NCBI RefSeq assembly: GCF_018977255.1
Contig: NW_024704745.1
Span: 11,966,001-12,030,000 of the forward strand
Direction of reading: 5' to 3'
Length of the DNA: 64,000 nt
Source of the DNA: Callorhinchus milii
Taxonomy: Eukaryota
The notes below the pieces were generated by a model that saw only the letters and a program-made list of their open reading frames with translations, did no database searches and was not told the DNA's origin. Made by a program: the position numbers and the translations under genes. Below, one piece after another: positions 33,633 through 46,420 of the stretch (within the stretch, counting starts at the first letter, position 1; every line of letters begins with the position of its first letter).

Positions 33633-33734
33633 CATGGAATGAAGAGTCCATTGGGTTGTCTTGATTAAATACCTCTAAATGGATCAACAAATTGCCGAAT
33701 TAAGGTGGCAAATAACTCAGTGAATCCAATGTAT

Positions 33735-34350
33735 CAGCCTGATTCAGTCTGTAGCACTCCGAGTCTGAAGATTGTGGATTCAAGTCCTGGGTTGGGACTT
33801 TGTTTTTCCCATAAAATATTCAGTCAATTCACTTTACAGTACATTCTGTGAAGCGCTTTGAGATGTCTCAACAACGTGATAAGGCGCTATATCAAATTCA
33901 AGGATTATTATTATTTGAACTCACAGTCAAAAATGACTTCCAGTGCAGTGCTGGGGGAGTGTGGCATTGCTGGAGGTTCCAGCCTTCGGATGAGATATAA
34001 AACCGGGGTCCTGTCTGCCTGTTTAGGTGAACATCAAAGATCCTATTCGAAAGGAGAAGTGAGTTTCTTCCAATGTACTAGTTAAAAAAAATTAAGCTAA
34101 AATCAATTATTCACTTCATGGCCACGCTGTGCACAAAATTGGATGCCGCATTCGCCTGCAAATAGACAGTCAGTACACCTCACAGTAAAAACTTGTGAAC
34201 CGTTTTATGTATTATATATATTACATATTTTATATGTTATATATTTCATATATATGTTGCATATTTGAAATTCACATATATATTATATATTGTGACGTGT
34301 TTTGGGACATCTCAATGACTTGATAAGGTACTATATTGAAAGCAGGTATT
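33735..34350 (+). mobile_element. Ancient Deu-domain SINE interrupted by a young SINE tail (33810-33915) and an (AT)-rich expansion
   Basis: Head gtagcactcc..gtctgaagattgtggattcaagtcc; core ccagtgcagtgctgggggagtg...ccttcggatgagatataaaccggggtcctgtctgcc; tail gggacatctcaatgacttgataagg. Confidence 0.65.
34205..34292. repeat. (TA)-rich low-complexity tract
   Basis: tattatatatattacatattttatatgttatatatttcatatatatg... Confidence 0.85.
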
Positions 34351-34984
34351 ATTATATTATATTATTACCATTATATGAACAGCAGATACAGATGAGACTC
34401 CCATTGGTAGAAGTCCATTTTACTGCTCCCACACATTGAAGCTATAGTTTCCTCAAGGGGGTACGGATAATTATCAGAATACATATTGCATTTTTTACTC
34501 CTAAGGTTCATAATGTACTTAAAGGCATTAGTTGGAGCTGTGTTTCCCTATGGCAAACCACAGTCTGGTTCTGGACAGTAAAACTATCTTTAGACTATGC
34601 AGGATGCGAATTCCAGAGAGCATGCCCATTCTCTCTTCTGTGCTGTTCCATGCTGAGGTTCTGCCTAATGTTATCAACCCCCGCAGTCTAAGAGTTGTCT
34701 AAGACTGTAATTAACCTGGATTTCTAATAAAGACTTGAGATTTTTGCATATTGATGTCATTTAAGTAAAATGGATTTGACAGAATCAGATCAGTATTCAG
34801 TTCCATGATTATCTATACACAAACTGCACAGTACACATATTCAGTGCACATTATAGATTGCTCTGAGCATCCCAAAGAGAAATGTTAATGTGCCACAATT
34901 TCAACAGTATGAGAAATCAATGGGGGAAGAACAAATCTTAATAGGAATTTTTGAAAAGGAAGCACAAAGGAGATATGTCTGAAA

Positions 34985-35305
34985 TGTCTAGTGGTTAGAG
35001 CACTCGCTTTGCAAGTGAGAGACCTGAGTTCAATTCCAGGCAGAGGGCGAAACCTTGGGCAAGTTTCCTTACTCCACACGCCTAATAATAATGCCTCCAA
35101 AAAAACAAAACAATAATAAATTGGTCATTTTCAATCTACGACTGTTTATCGTTTATCAATCTACGACTGTGCGCAATTGGCTGCCGCGTTCGCCCACAAA
35201 TATACAGTCAATTCACTTTACAGTGTGTTCTGTGAAGCGCTTTGGGATGTCCTCCCGACGTGAAAAGCGGTATATCAAATGCAAGGATTATTATTATTAT
35301 TATTA
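34985..35305 (+). mobile_element. SINE of the young internally deleted subfamily
   Basis: Near-identical to 975-1294, with the same deletion; carries an internal 14-bp duplication at 35132-35170. Confidence 0.9.
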
Positions 35306-35499
35306 AATGTATCTTCTTTGAACTGTGAAGTGATGAAGGAAAGAAAGTATAATGAGAGGATTTCTCTATAGCCAGGCTGCAAGAACTACTTGCTCCCCGA
35401 GAGAAAAAACTAGTGATGGTTGTCTATTCTCGGAAATATGTAAATGGAATGGTGATAGTCTGGTTGAGTAACATAGAACCAAAAGATAGGAAACAATGA

Positions 35500-35513
35500 A
35501 CTGGTGGAGGGAA

Positions 35514-35545
<32 letters not shown>

Positions 35546-35670
35546 AAAATGAACAATGAAGAGAGAGAGAGCGAAGAGAATATGAACTGGTGAAGTGAGA
35601 GAGAAAGAGAGAGAGGGAGAGAAAGACAACTGATGAAGGAAAAGAAAGAAAAGGAGAAAAGAAAAAGCAA
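35500..35670. repeat. Compound (GA)n / A-rich microsatellite with a duplicated tgaactggtg unit
   Basis: Seen directly; it generates the low-complexity ORFs at 35366-35938. Confidence 0.9.
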
Positions 35671-37229
35671 AGGAATAAGTCACTTGGCCAAAGTAACAGA
35701 GGGTGAGCGACACCTGTGAAACAATACCCCAGCATGAATCACAAATAGAGAGTGCAAAATCAGAGAGCAGAAAAGCTTTTTGCTTTCTCTCTCTTTTGGC
35801 TCCTGAGGATCCACAGCATCTTCTTTGTCGCTGAAGCTTAGGTCCGTTGCCATCGGATAGGTAATGCATTTGCTGCTGTCGCCCATTGTCTTGAGGACAA
35901 GTGAAAGCGATTGTCTCCACAATGAAGGTTTTCTCCATTCACAGCCTGTTCACTTCAGGATGATCACCAGAAGCCGGCGCTATATCCCGCCACAAATTGA
36001 CACCAGTGGAAGCAAGGAAAATAGTAAGCGGAACATGGAGCTGAACAAGACCTTGATCTTAACTGACTGGTGCAGTCTCTGTCCCTCCGACAATGAGCGG
36101 AAACAGAACCATTGGGGATAATCAGGAGTCTTTAATCCCATGGATTAATGATTCCTCCAGATTTTCCCATTTTATTTACCACATCTGTCAAATGGTATTA
36201 ATGTAACGCCAATTCAAGAATTGGTCCCAACGTGTTATTTTCCTGTTTTCATTCAAACACGCAAAATGCACAGTTACTGCACTTTACAGTATATCCTTAA
36301 AATGTCCTGACGTGAAAAGCGCTGTACCATATGTAAGGATTATTATTACTATTCTGAGACACGCTCAAACAATAGTGTGCCTAAAAATAGTAGTAATAAT
36401 TACTGTTGCATTTAAAATTAGTGACAATGAAAATGTGCCCAGTAAACAGGATAGTGATTATCTCTCTTTGCAACAAGAGTAGCTAACTGTTTAGTCCCAC
36501 ACTGGTGAGTTGCTCAGTTTTTCACATTTCTTTGAGATGCTTGTTGCTGCATTCTTCATAACTGATGTCATTTTGACTCTGTATATTATGCCTTTTAAAA
36601 AGCCTGTGTTTTGTGGGGTGGTCAGTACTGTGGCATTGGTGTCCTTGTACAGACTGTTTGAATCTCAGTAATGCTGCAAGACGTAGAAAAGGATTTCAAT
36701 TGTAACTAATTTGAATGGAATCCAGATTATTCCCTGCAGCAAGGCTTCGTGTTTTTGAAGGAGACAGAGAGGAGCAGTGTTATAAAAGCAGGATGGATAT
36801 CTGTTTATATTAACAGCACTCCGTGGACTGAGCATTTTTGAATTACGTACTTCAGTGAAGACTGAATTCTTTGACTTGGGTTTGAGTTATCATTCCGACA
36901 CTGTAAGTGGAAGCATGGAACCTCTTATAATTATGGATATGAAAGTCCAGCTTGATGATGACAGAGAGATGTTGTGAAAGATATAGCTTTGAGACTGAAG
37001 GCTGATCATATGCTTTAAGGTCATATTTGAACTTAATCCTGTGAATTTCACAAAAATAATATCGAAATAATGCACAATTCTAAATTTGTGAATGAGATGT
37101 AAAATATTTTGGTGTAAATGTGAAATGATATGTTGTTGTGATTGGATGCAACTGCATAACACATCCAAATGATCGAGTTTTTATAAGTGTGCTCTTAAAA
37201 TCTTTGAAAGTAGGAGTGGATTGAGAAGG

Positions 37230-37905
37230 GGCCATGTCGGGTCGGGATAAATGGCTCAAAGTGCTTCACATATCTGACTTGGAACCCGAGCTGAGGAGTG
37301 GCGAAGCTGAGGATTTGGGTGAGGAGATGACTGAATGTGTGGTTGAAAAGGAAGTTCTTAAGGTGGGTGTTAAAGGTGGGGGTGTGATGGAGAGAATTTG
37401 GATGGAGTTTCAACAGCAACAATAAATTACACTTGTATAGCACCCTTCACGTTGGAAAGATGTCCCAGGGCACTGGACAATCAGTGGTTTTTGGACCCGA
37501 GTTGGGAGTTAGGGTCAGGAGGGGTGGAGGTGGAAGGGTGTCTGAAAGTACGGTTGAAAAGGAAGGCCTTTAGATGGGGCTTGAAAGAGGCAGGAGAGGT
37601 AGTGAGGCGGAGGGATTGCGGGATAGAGTTCCAGAGTGTGGGGGAAGAGATGCTGAATGCCTGACCACCAATGGTGGACTGGGAAGTGCGGGGGACCTGA
37701 AGCAAGCCGGTGTCTGCTGAGCGGAGGGAGCAAACAGGCTGATATGGGGTTATGAGATTGGAGAGGTAGGGGGGAGCAAGACCATGTAGGGCCTTGACGG
37801 TGAGAACGAGGGTTTTGTACTCAATTCTCTGAGGAATGGGGAACCAGTGAAATTGGACAAGAGCGGAGATGATTGGTTTGCAGAGTCTGGTGAGGGAGAG
37901 AAAAT
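37230..37905 (-). mobile_element. Two tandem L2 3' ends
   Basis: Minus frames give IGGQAFSISSPTLWNSIPQSLR...SFKPHLKAFLF and FNTHLKNFLF; tail (caa)n at about 37410. Confidence 0.8.
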
Positions 37906-38243
37906 GAGCTGTAGAGTTCTGAATAATGATTTATGAATAACCTCTTTCTGAATAATAATTTTCAGAGATAAAAGGTGGATTTTTTTTCCATTAAAAGGCA
38001 TTAAAAGATGGATACTGGGTTTAATATATGTACAGGATGACCAAAAAGTTGAGATACCATTACAATGTCTAACAAGTCTTGAACAAATTATGATACTTTT
38101 TTTTAGATAATAGGGTAGATATCACAACTTTTTGGTCCATTATAAGGTGGGTTTTGCATGCCCTGTGGAAAGAGAGAGTTTGACGGGTCAAATTGTCGTT
38201 TTTTTTTTGGTTTGTGCTGTATCTTCTTAAAATATGGTATGGA

Positions 38244-38622
38244 ATCCTATAGCTTAATGACTGGAGCACTCCTCTTGTAAGCGAGAGGACCTGGGTTAAA
38301 TTCCCAGGCAGGGCAAAATGTTGGGCAAGCTTCCTTACTTCACACACCTCCATTTACCTAGCAGTAGATAGAAACCCGGTTGTTGGTCGATTAGCGGATC
38401 ACTTTTCCTGGGATAATAATCCCTTCAAAAAAATAAATAAATAAAATAATAATAATTTGGTCACTCAATCCACGACTGTTTGTGAGACCACTGCTGTGCA
38501 ATTGGCTGCCATATTTCACCCACAAAAATGTACAGTCAATTCTCTTTACAGTACATTCTGTGAAGCGCTTTGAAGATGTGATAAGGCGCTATTTCAATTG
38601 CAAAGAATTATTATTATTATTA
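38244..38622 (+). mobile_element. SINE, full length
   Basis: Head tcctatagcttaatg...ctgggttaaattcccaggcaggg; complete body and (tta)n tail. Confidence 0.88.
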
Positions 38623-38673
38623 GCCAATTTGCTCTCAAAGACAAGAGTATAGGGAATGGAAGCTCTGCGTTGT

Positions 38674-38687
38674 GCAGTAGGTGGCAC
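38674..38687 (+). promoter_or_regulatory. CTCF-like core motif
   Basis: GCAGTAGGTGGCAC matches CCASYAGRKGGCRS at 13 of 14 positions. Confidence 0.3.
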
Positions 38688-40884
38688 TCATGAGCTTGAA
38701 GAAAACCATACAGGGTGGAGTCGAACCTCAACTGGTGTATAATATCTCATCTTCAATTGCCTGGAGCTCTTTACTTGACTAAAAAACAAACTAATATTTC
38801 ATTTTCCACAACATGTCTCACAAAAGGTAAGCAAGAGATAAATCAGAGAAGTTTCTGTTGTGTATCTTCCCCTTTTTTTAAACTCTTTTTATGCTTTTCA
38901 ATGACATTTGACCACAAACAATTTAATAAGCAATCTGCTTTTAAATGTTTGAGCGCAGAATTGTTATAGTAGTCAATTAGATGCTGACAGAGGAAGGAGA
39001 GAGAACTGGCTTTACATGACAAAGGAAGGAGAGAGACCTAGTGACAATAATGTTAGTGAGATTTCATTGTATGTGAGCTGTTCTCAGCTCCGTGGTATGA
39101 AGCTCATTGTAGTGTAAAGAATCATTCTTCAGCTCTCTCCAGAGTGTGGAAATTCCCTAGCCTTAGGCTGCACGACCATTTTGTCTTAAAATTTAAGACT
39201 GACTTGTGGAAAATTCTTTAATTCAGTTTCATTTGTAAGCTGGTTCCTTTTTTAAAATTGCTGAACTCTGCCCCCAAATTAAAACTTGATTGACATTAAT
39301 AATAATAATCCTTGCATTTGATACAACACCTTATCACGTCTTTGAGACGTGATTAATGGTCATTGGATGGCAATAAGAACTAGGGACACTGATGATTTTA
39401 CCTCCTCCCCTCAACAAAGGGTTCTGAAACTACCTGTACAAACACCAACCCTAGAGGCATGTATTGCAATGGGTTGTACCAGTTGAGTCATCTTCGGAGA
39501 AGTCTTTTACAAAGAGTTTTGTTTCTTCTCCATCATCCGCCACATTCTGAATCACTCACCGTACTACCCAACCAAGACCAACCCATGCCTAATCCTATGA
39601 CTGTACAACTTTGCAGCTGCCTCAGGTTTTGTGGTTTCTTCACTGTGTGATGGAATGTGTACAAAACCAGCTCATAGCAACATGTTAGATTATTACTTTG
39701 TATCGGGAGGCAACACATTCCTGAATTTTCGAAATCCCCACTTGGAGTCAGAGCTCCCGCTGCCTTTGCTGATAAGAAATCCCAATCTATTACAAAAGTT
39801 ACAAAATTATAATTGTTAAGTGCCTTTTACATCGGAAGGATGTCTCAAGATGCTATTAAAGAGGAATATTGGCACAGGACTGACTGGCCCGGTGACATTC
39901 CATACACAGGTGAAAACCTCACATCATGTAAGGATTGTCACAATATCAGGGATCGGTGGATGTGCAAAAATCCATTAGACATTTATTTTTGCCACTTCTG
40001 ATACCCTGGCAACGGCAGCAGCTCTAAAACAAAGGACCTGCTGCAAAATTATCTGGGAGACCAGTCAAGATCCCAACATTTCTCACTTGTGGTTTGCGAG
40101 TGCGCAGAAGTCTCATGTCGCCTGACACTTACATGCTGATGTCTAGATGTCTGCTCACGCATTGTACATCATTTGCCACAATTTTCCTCCAGGAGTCTGG
40201 AGACAAGCGGAAAAGTGTCAGAGGCTGGGAATGTGGCAAGGCCTCAGGTTTCGTGCCTCAATTTGAGCATCAGTTGTTATAATAAAAAAGTGGCATTGGA
40301 TGAAAAAGAAGAAAGAACTTCCATTTTCATAGAGACTTACCACATTGAAACAACTCAAATCGTTTCACAGTTGATTCCTATTAAGTGCATTGGCTGCTTT
40401 TTTGCACCAGTAAACTCTCCCATGAGGTGAATGACCAATTGATCTAGGGGATTGTCAGCTAGGACACTGGGAGAAATTCCCTTCGCTTTTTCAGTTGTGT
40501 CAAAGTATCTGTAATATCCACCTGAAAACAGGTTCATGTCTGCTTTATTCTTCTTCTGCTTCTATAGAAAAGTGAGCTCTATTCAGTGCTTCTCAGATAG
40601 TTTGTCTGCAATTAGGACTCCGCCATTACAGAAAGCCATCACAGTGCCTGCACGGCACTCTCAGTATTTGCAAGTTCCTACAAAGACCAAGACCAATATG
40701 TGAATAGTCCATAATTATCACATTGAATCCATCATGAACCATTGAATTTTTCACTCTGGTGCATTTTTCACTCCCCAGCTTCATAAACAGTAGAGAGAGA
40801 ACAGTAAAGCTGCAGGAGTGAGACACTCTGGAAACAGTGGAGAGAGATGGCAGCACAGAAATGAGGCAATATTATCATCAAATT

Positions 40885-40995
40885 TTGCCCACAAAATATA
40901 GTCAACTCGCTTTACAGTATATTCTGTGAAGCGCTTTGAGACGTCTCGAACACGTGATAAGGCGCTATATCAAATGCAAGGAGTATTATTATTAA
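40885..40995 (+). mobile_element. SINE tail
   Basis: cccacaaaatatagtc...gagacgtctcgaacacgtgataaggcgctatatcaaatgcaagg. Confidence 0.8.
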
Positions 40996-41259
40996 CAACT
41001 TTTTGAGAATAAAGCCATTCTGTGACTTGTGAAACATTCCATCAATAAATGGTCCTGGAAACCAGGTGTTCTCATTAAAGAGCGGAAATGCATATTAAAA
41101 ACAGAACCCATAGAACACTGAAGGAGGAGTGTACCTCGAGCAGCTATAATAAATTATACCACTGCTGTGCTATGGCACGGGTAGAGAAAACATGATATTG
41201 TGTGCCAGACTGGCCTGTCGAGATAGTAAATGGTCAATCACCAGGACAGACACTCTATA

Positions 41260-41570
41260 CATGGGAGCCGGGAAATTCATAAATTTCTGCACGCTCCCAG
41301 TGCTTATTGGAAATCTCAATTAACACGTGGAATTCGACCAACAATGGAAGGGAAAATCAATGCAATGCGCATGAGGTGTAATTGCGGGCACAAAAGCAGG
41401 ATTACCAGGTTCAACATAGGACTGCTGGCTTTCAAGCGTGGGAAAAATGAAACAAGCAAGCCAAAAAATTCCTGTTGTAAACAAGCTGCTGACTCAGCAC
41501 TATCCAACATGGCGGAGACCAAATTGTGACCTGATGTTAATTGAAAGTTTGTTGAAAAAGTGAAAAGTCT
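41260..41570. promoter_or_regulatory. Candidate enhancer: MARE, forkhead, YY1, E-box and IRF-like motif cluster
   Basis: TGCTGACTCAGCA 41487-41499, GTAAACA 41477-41483, AACATGGCGG 41506-41515, CACGTG 41324-41329, GAAAAAGTGAAAAGT 41554-41568, in non-repetitive sequence that retains CpGs. Confidence 0.4.
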
Positions 41571-42164
41571 TAATTATTAACGGTTTTGCAGAACTCCTTC
41601 CACCACCCCTTCCCTTCCCGCCATTCTGATTGCCTACAGGACTAAGGCACATTGACTGATCTTAAAACTTGCCAATTTGTGCACTGGACTACTTACTGGC
41701 CCAAGGAGGATGTCCAAGTGTCAGTTAGTGAAATACCAGTCTAACGCAACAAAATAAACAGGTTTATCTAGCTAACGTTCTGGCGTGTGTTGTGGCTAGC
41801 TTTGAACTCAACCATTATGGCGAGAGGCGCTAGTGGGAGGTTTCACAACTACAGACCAGTCTATAATTAATACACCAACTGTCCCCAGTTTTCAGCGGTC
41901 ACAGTTGTTACCTAGGTATCACAGTGCCAGTCCTGCTACACAGTCTATCCAGTAAGACTGCTGTCTTCACTTCGTATGAAAGCCAGCTTGTGTTCTACAG
42001 AGGCATCACTCAAATAGATGTTTCTTTTGAAACATGTTCAGAGTGCTGCGGTCCGCATGTTGCCTGCTTTTATTTTCGACCTTGTTTTCAGAGTTGCTTG
42101 CTCTGTGTAATGAGGAGCCTGTTTGGATGGAGGTTTGAGGCAAGTCTAATTATTTAGTGCATTT

Positions 42165-42300
42165 TCAATCCCATGCATTTCGCCCACACAATATATAGTC
42201 AATTCACTTTATAGTATATTCTGTGAAGTGCTTTGAAATGTTACGAAGACGTGATAAAGCACTGTATCAAATTCAAGCATTATTATTTTTATTATTATGA
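42165..42300 (+). mobile_element. SINE tail
   Basis: catttcgcccacacaatatatagtcaattcacttt...gacgtgataaagcac...(tta)n. Confidence 0.75.
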
Positions 42301-43581
42301 ATGTTTATTTTTAGTTTGTTTCCTACAAAAAGCCTCAATGTGCAGAACTGTATTCAAATGTGGTATACTAAGTATATATGCAATGTGGTATTGGGCAGAA
42401 ATGTCTGCAGCTGAAGCAGTTTGTAGCAAACTGTTCCATGAACTCGGCAACACAAAAAGGGAAGTTAGGTGGCCTTCTGTTGAAGCAGTTGACCTTATTA
42501 TAACCGTCTTTTGCAGCTCAGGATCTCCTTACATTTGTAAGCATAAAGTTTTGAAATATGTTTAACCGTAACAACCATTGTTATTTTACACTTGGGACAT
42601 CACGCTATCTATAACTTCCTTGGTTTTAAACTGAAAATAAGTTGGCAACCTGCAAAAGTGCTAGAAGTCAATCCTTCAAACATTCAAAGAAAGAACTTAT
42701 CATGTCAAAACATTATGTAGTGCTTCACAAGTGATTGACTGCTAAGTATATACTGTGGAACATAATTAAACTGAGAAGGTAACTTTCATCATTCCTTGGA
42801 AAGGGTTTCAGTTACACTTTTAAATGAGTTTCTTTCAGGCCTTTATTTTTTGACCTTTGCAGAGCCCTCATCTCCTTTCCTGTGTCTGATAGCAACTGAG
42901 TCTAAAAGGCAGTGATTTAAATGCGATTCCTCAATGGTAATCCTTGCATTTGATCACACAGTTAAGACATTTAAAAGTGCTTCACAGGTGATTGTAACAC
43001 GTAGTGACTGTGGATTTGTAGACAAACCCGGTACAACTGCTGAAATGGGACAACTCTCGCATAAAATACACAAATAGGTCAGCAAAAGATTTCATTCACA
43101 TTTGACGTTTTCTTTTAAGCGTTAAGTGTTGACAAACACACTTCACTTTAGGAGATTTTTTCACCAAACATTACAAAAACATAGAATTAAGAATGAAGGA
43201 ACTTTGCTCTGCAGGTTCATTTCCTTTATGTATCTTACAGGAAGATTACCACAACTACAAATACAACTTGGCGATGATAGAGCACCCTTCAGGTAGGATA
43301 ACATCACGGAGTGCTTCACAGAGATGAAGTTGGGCACTGAGCAACCCAGGAAGGGAAGAGGTGAGGCGACTGTAGGCTCGATCGAAGATGTAGTTTTTTT
43401 TAGGTGGAATTTAAAGTTAGACAGAGGTTGGGCAAGATAGAGGGATAGAAGGAGGAAATTCCAACGGTTAAGGGCCTTAGCTGTTGAAGGCTTGGCCATC
43501 GATTGTGATACAGAAAGTGTGAGAGGTGAACAACAGACCCGAGAAGAGGCGGCAGAGAATGTGCTAGGAGAAGGTCACAGA

Positions 43582-43929
43582 AATAATAATAATAATCCTT
43601 GCATTTGATAAAGGGCCATATCTTGTCTTTGAGATGTCTCAAAGCGCTTCACAGAATATACTGTAAATTTTATGGGCGAAAAGTGGCAGCCAATTATGCA
43701 CAGCAGTGTCCCACAAACGACGTGTATTGAGTGAACAAAATTTTTTAAAATGAATTATTACCCCCGGAAAAACAATCCGCCAATCGAGTAACAACCAGGT
43801 TCCTACTGATTCCTAGGTAAACAGAGGCGTGTGGTGTAAGGAAACTTGTCCAACTTTCTCCCTGCCTGGGAATTGAACCCAGCTCCGCTTGCTTGAGAGG
43901 CGAGCGCTCTTACCACTAAGCTACAGGAC
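43582..43929 (-). mobile_element. SINE, full length
   Basis: (taa)n tccttgcatttgata ... gggaattgaaccc ... gcgctcttaccactaagctacaggac (reverse-complemented head). Confidence 0.9.
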
Positions 43930-46082
43930 TCCACAGGAAAGAGGGAGATGCTTGGAAGTAAAGGGATGAATAGCTGAGAGTGAGGATCTTGAATTCAACC
44001 TGTTGGGATGACAGGCAGACCGAATTTGATAAGTGCTTTTCCTGTTTCCAAATACTGTACATCCAGATGTACTAAACCAACAATAAACGCATGCCTCCTC
44101 GTTCACGTCTACTGATAGTATTCAGTCATAAATATTTCCTTTTAAAAGTAGTTCTGTATCGAGAAGAATTGCCTCAACAAATGGTGATCTGGAAAAAAAG
44201 AACTTGCATTTTTTATAGCTCTTTCGTGCTGGAAGTCTGAAAGCACTTCATGGTAATTATTGGGAAGTATAATAGTTCCGCAAAACACCCATGATGTGAA
44301 TGATAAATTTATGTGGAGGATTATTGGTCAAACACCTAGAGAAAGTCCCTTCTGTTTTTGAATAGTGCCGTGACATCTTTAACATTCACCTGAGGACAAG
44401 GAGATAGTCCCAATGAGATTAGATGGTGAATAGTGTAAGGCTGTATAGAAGTAACTATGCTGTTGTTGGGTGGTGTATATTGATTACCAGATCTTTTGCT
44501 ATGTGGAAAGTGAATAATAAATTATCATCTCAGTACTTACTAGACAGGTCACTCACTGTACCAGGACTCTGATCTAACAACTCAATAGATATCAGGCTGA
44601 ATTGGATACATGTCATTTGCATCACAAACAATCCTACAGATCTATTGCTATACAACTAATTGCCTAGAAATATAGTGATCTGAATGCAAATGAAAACAGC
44701 CACTCAGGGTTACTTTTTGCAAAACAATTGATGAATGTGTCATAATTTACGTTTTGCATCTGAGGAGTTTATTGAAGCAGCAGGCAAGTTGGTGATGATT
44801 AATAGGATAACAGTGACTGAATATTCAAAACTGATGCAAAACTCTAAATATTATGTGCTTCGGCAATTCTGAGCTTGAGTCGTTTCTCCTTCTGCTTTCT
44901 TGGGTGCTAGTCACCTGTTTATACTTTGCCAATGTGACCACTTTTCACCTGTGAGTTTGGGGAGTCTGTTTGGCCATGGAGAGCCTCAGAGTCAAAACCA
45001 ATCCTCATCTGAGCTCTGGCATTTCTCATGATCCTACCCTTAAGATCGATGTCGTAACATTTAAGATTGTGCAATTTGGAAAAGTCTCAAATTGACTCTT
45101 GATTTGGAAGTTGGTCTTCCATGGTTCTCAAAGAAATTTTAAGACAATGATCTAAAGGCTAATAAATTTCAGGCATCACACATCTACTTTTCAGCAGCAG
45201 TCTCGAGATACCATTCAAACATGCTCTCCTGGCTCATTTTCAACTCTCTAACCAATATGCGCTCAGGCCAATTGCATAGTTGGGATCACCTAATTCAGAA
45301 ACTCTACATAAATAGAAAAAAATGAGACTCAGATGCAATTTCTCACCAAATTAGGGTCGTAACAGATTCCAATTCTGCTGGGGTGTCTCAAGAATCTGGC
45401 CAGTTGATTGTGACGAACAGCCTCTTGACTACACAGAAGGAGATGAGAATACTGTGTTCATCTCTGCACCCACTATTCACCTCATGATGGTACTCCCCAG
45501 AATGACCTCTTAAGAGTCCTTGGAAATCTTGTGCTGCATCCTGCTGCTCTTCCTGTGTGATATATGTTGACAGCTCACTTAGCTCATGTCAGAGTTTCTC
45601 TGAAAAGGTAAGTGGAGTTGGAAATGTCTTGAGAATCTTAAATCAAATTTATTACTGTTTCTGTATCATAACATAGGTGCAATCTATCCCTATAACCTTA
45701 TAAAATATATATTTACTGTTATAGAGCTCCGATTCTGTGGCTGACTCTGTGAAAATTACATGTTACAGTAAATAAATTCTTAGCAACCAGCAGTAAGCCT
45801 TTTCTCTACAGTCATGTTTGTATTGAAAACTGAGTTATTGTCTGCTTTCGTTTTTAAATATTATCTTGTCAGTCTTAAAATACAATTTATGTCACTTAAA
45901 TGCAATAATATGTTGTTTATAGTGCCAGCCAGTAGCTGAATCAATGATTAGAAGTTGTGTTCCACCACTGGAAATGTTATGAATTTGAAGCATCATCTTG
46001 GAATATAACCTCCAACAGGGTGACAGGAACATAAGATATAAAATCCTACAAAACAATTTGGGAGTTAAAGAGAAACACAGCA

Positions 46083-46158
46083 CCCAAGTACACTGGAGTT
46101 TCCCAAGTACACTGGAGTGATCCAAATATACTGGAGTTATCCAACTTGTCCCAAGTAG
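46083..46158. repeat. 19-bp tandem repeat, about 3 copies
   Basis: cccaagtacactggagttt / cccaagtacactggagtga / tccaaatatactggagtta, then a partial cccaagta. Confidence 0.85.
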
Positions 46159-46239
46159 GGATACCTTTGGCTGAAAGTCTGGCTGATGTAACACATAGCA
46201 CCTTTGGCGATGTTGGCTGGTAATGCAATTGATGATGGA

Positions 46240-46420
46240 GGATTACATAAAACATTACAACACAGAAATGGTCCATTTAGCCTAAGTAGTGCCTGCCAGG
46301 ATTTATACCCCACATGAACCTTGATCCCTCCTAATCCCCTCTTCTATATCCAAGTGTTTCTTTCTCCTTCAGAGAACTCCACATTCTCATCACCCTCTGC
46401 TTAAAGAAATTCCTGACACT
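46240..46420 (-). mobile_element. CR1 3' fragment (old)
   Basis: cataaaacattacaacacagaaatggtccatttagcc...tttataccccacatgaacc. Confidence 0.5.

Noticed and set aside
35366-35938. 190-aa minus-strand ORF and overlapping S/L/F-rich ORFs
   Set aside because: Produced by the (GA)n microsatellite; no domain similarity.
46083-46158. CRISPR-like direct repeats
   Set aside because: The 19-bp units are adjacent with no unique spacers, there are only 3 copies, the context is eukaryotic and there are no cas genes. This is a plain minisatellite.
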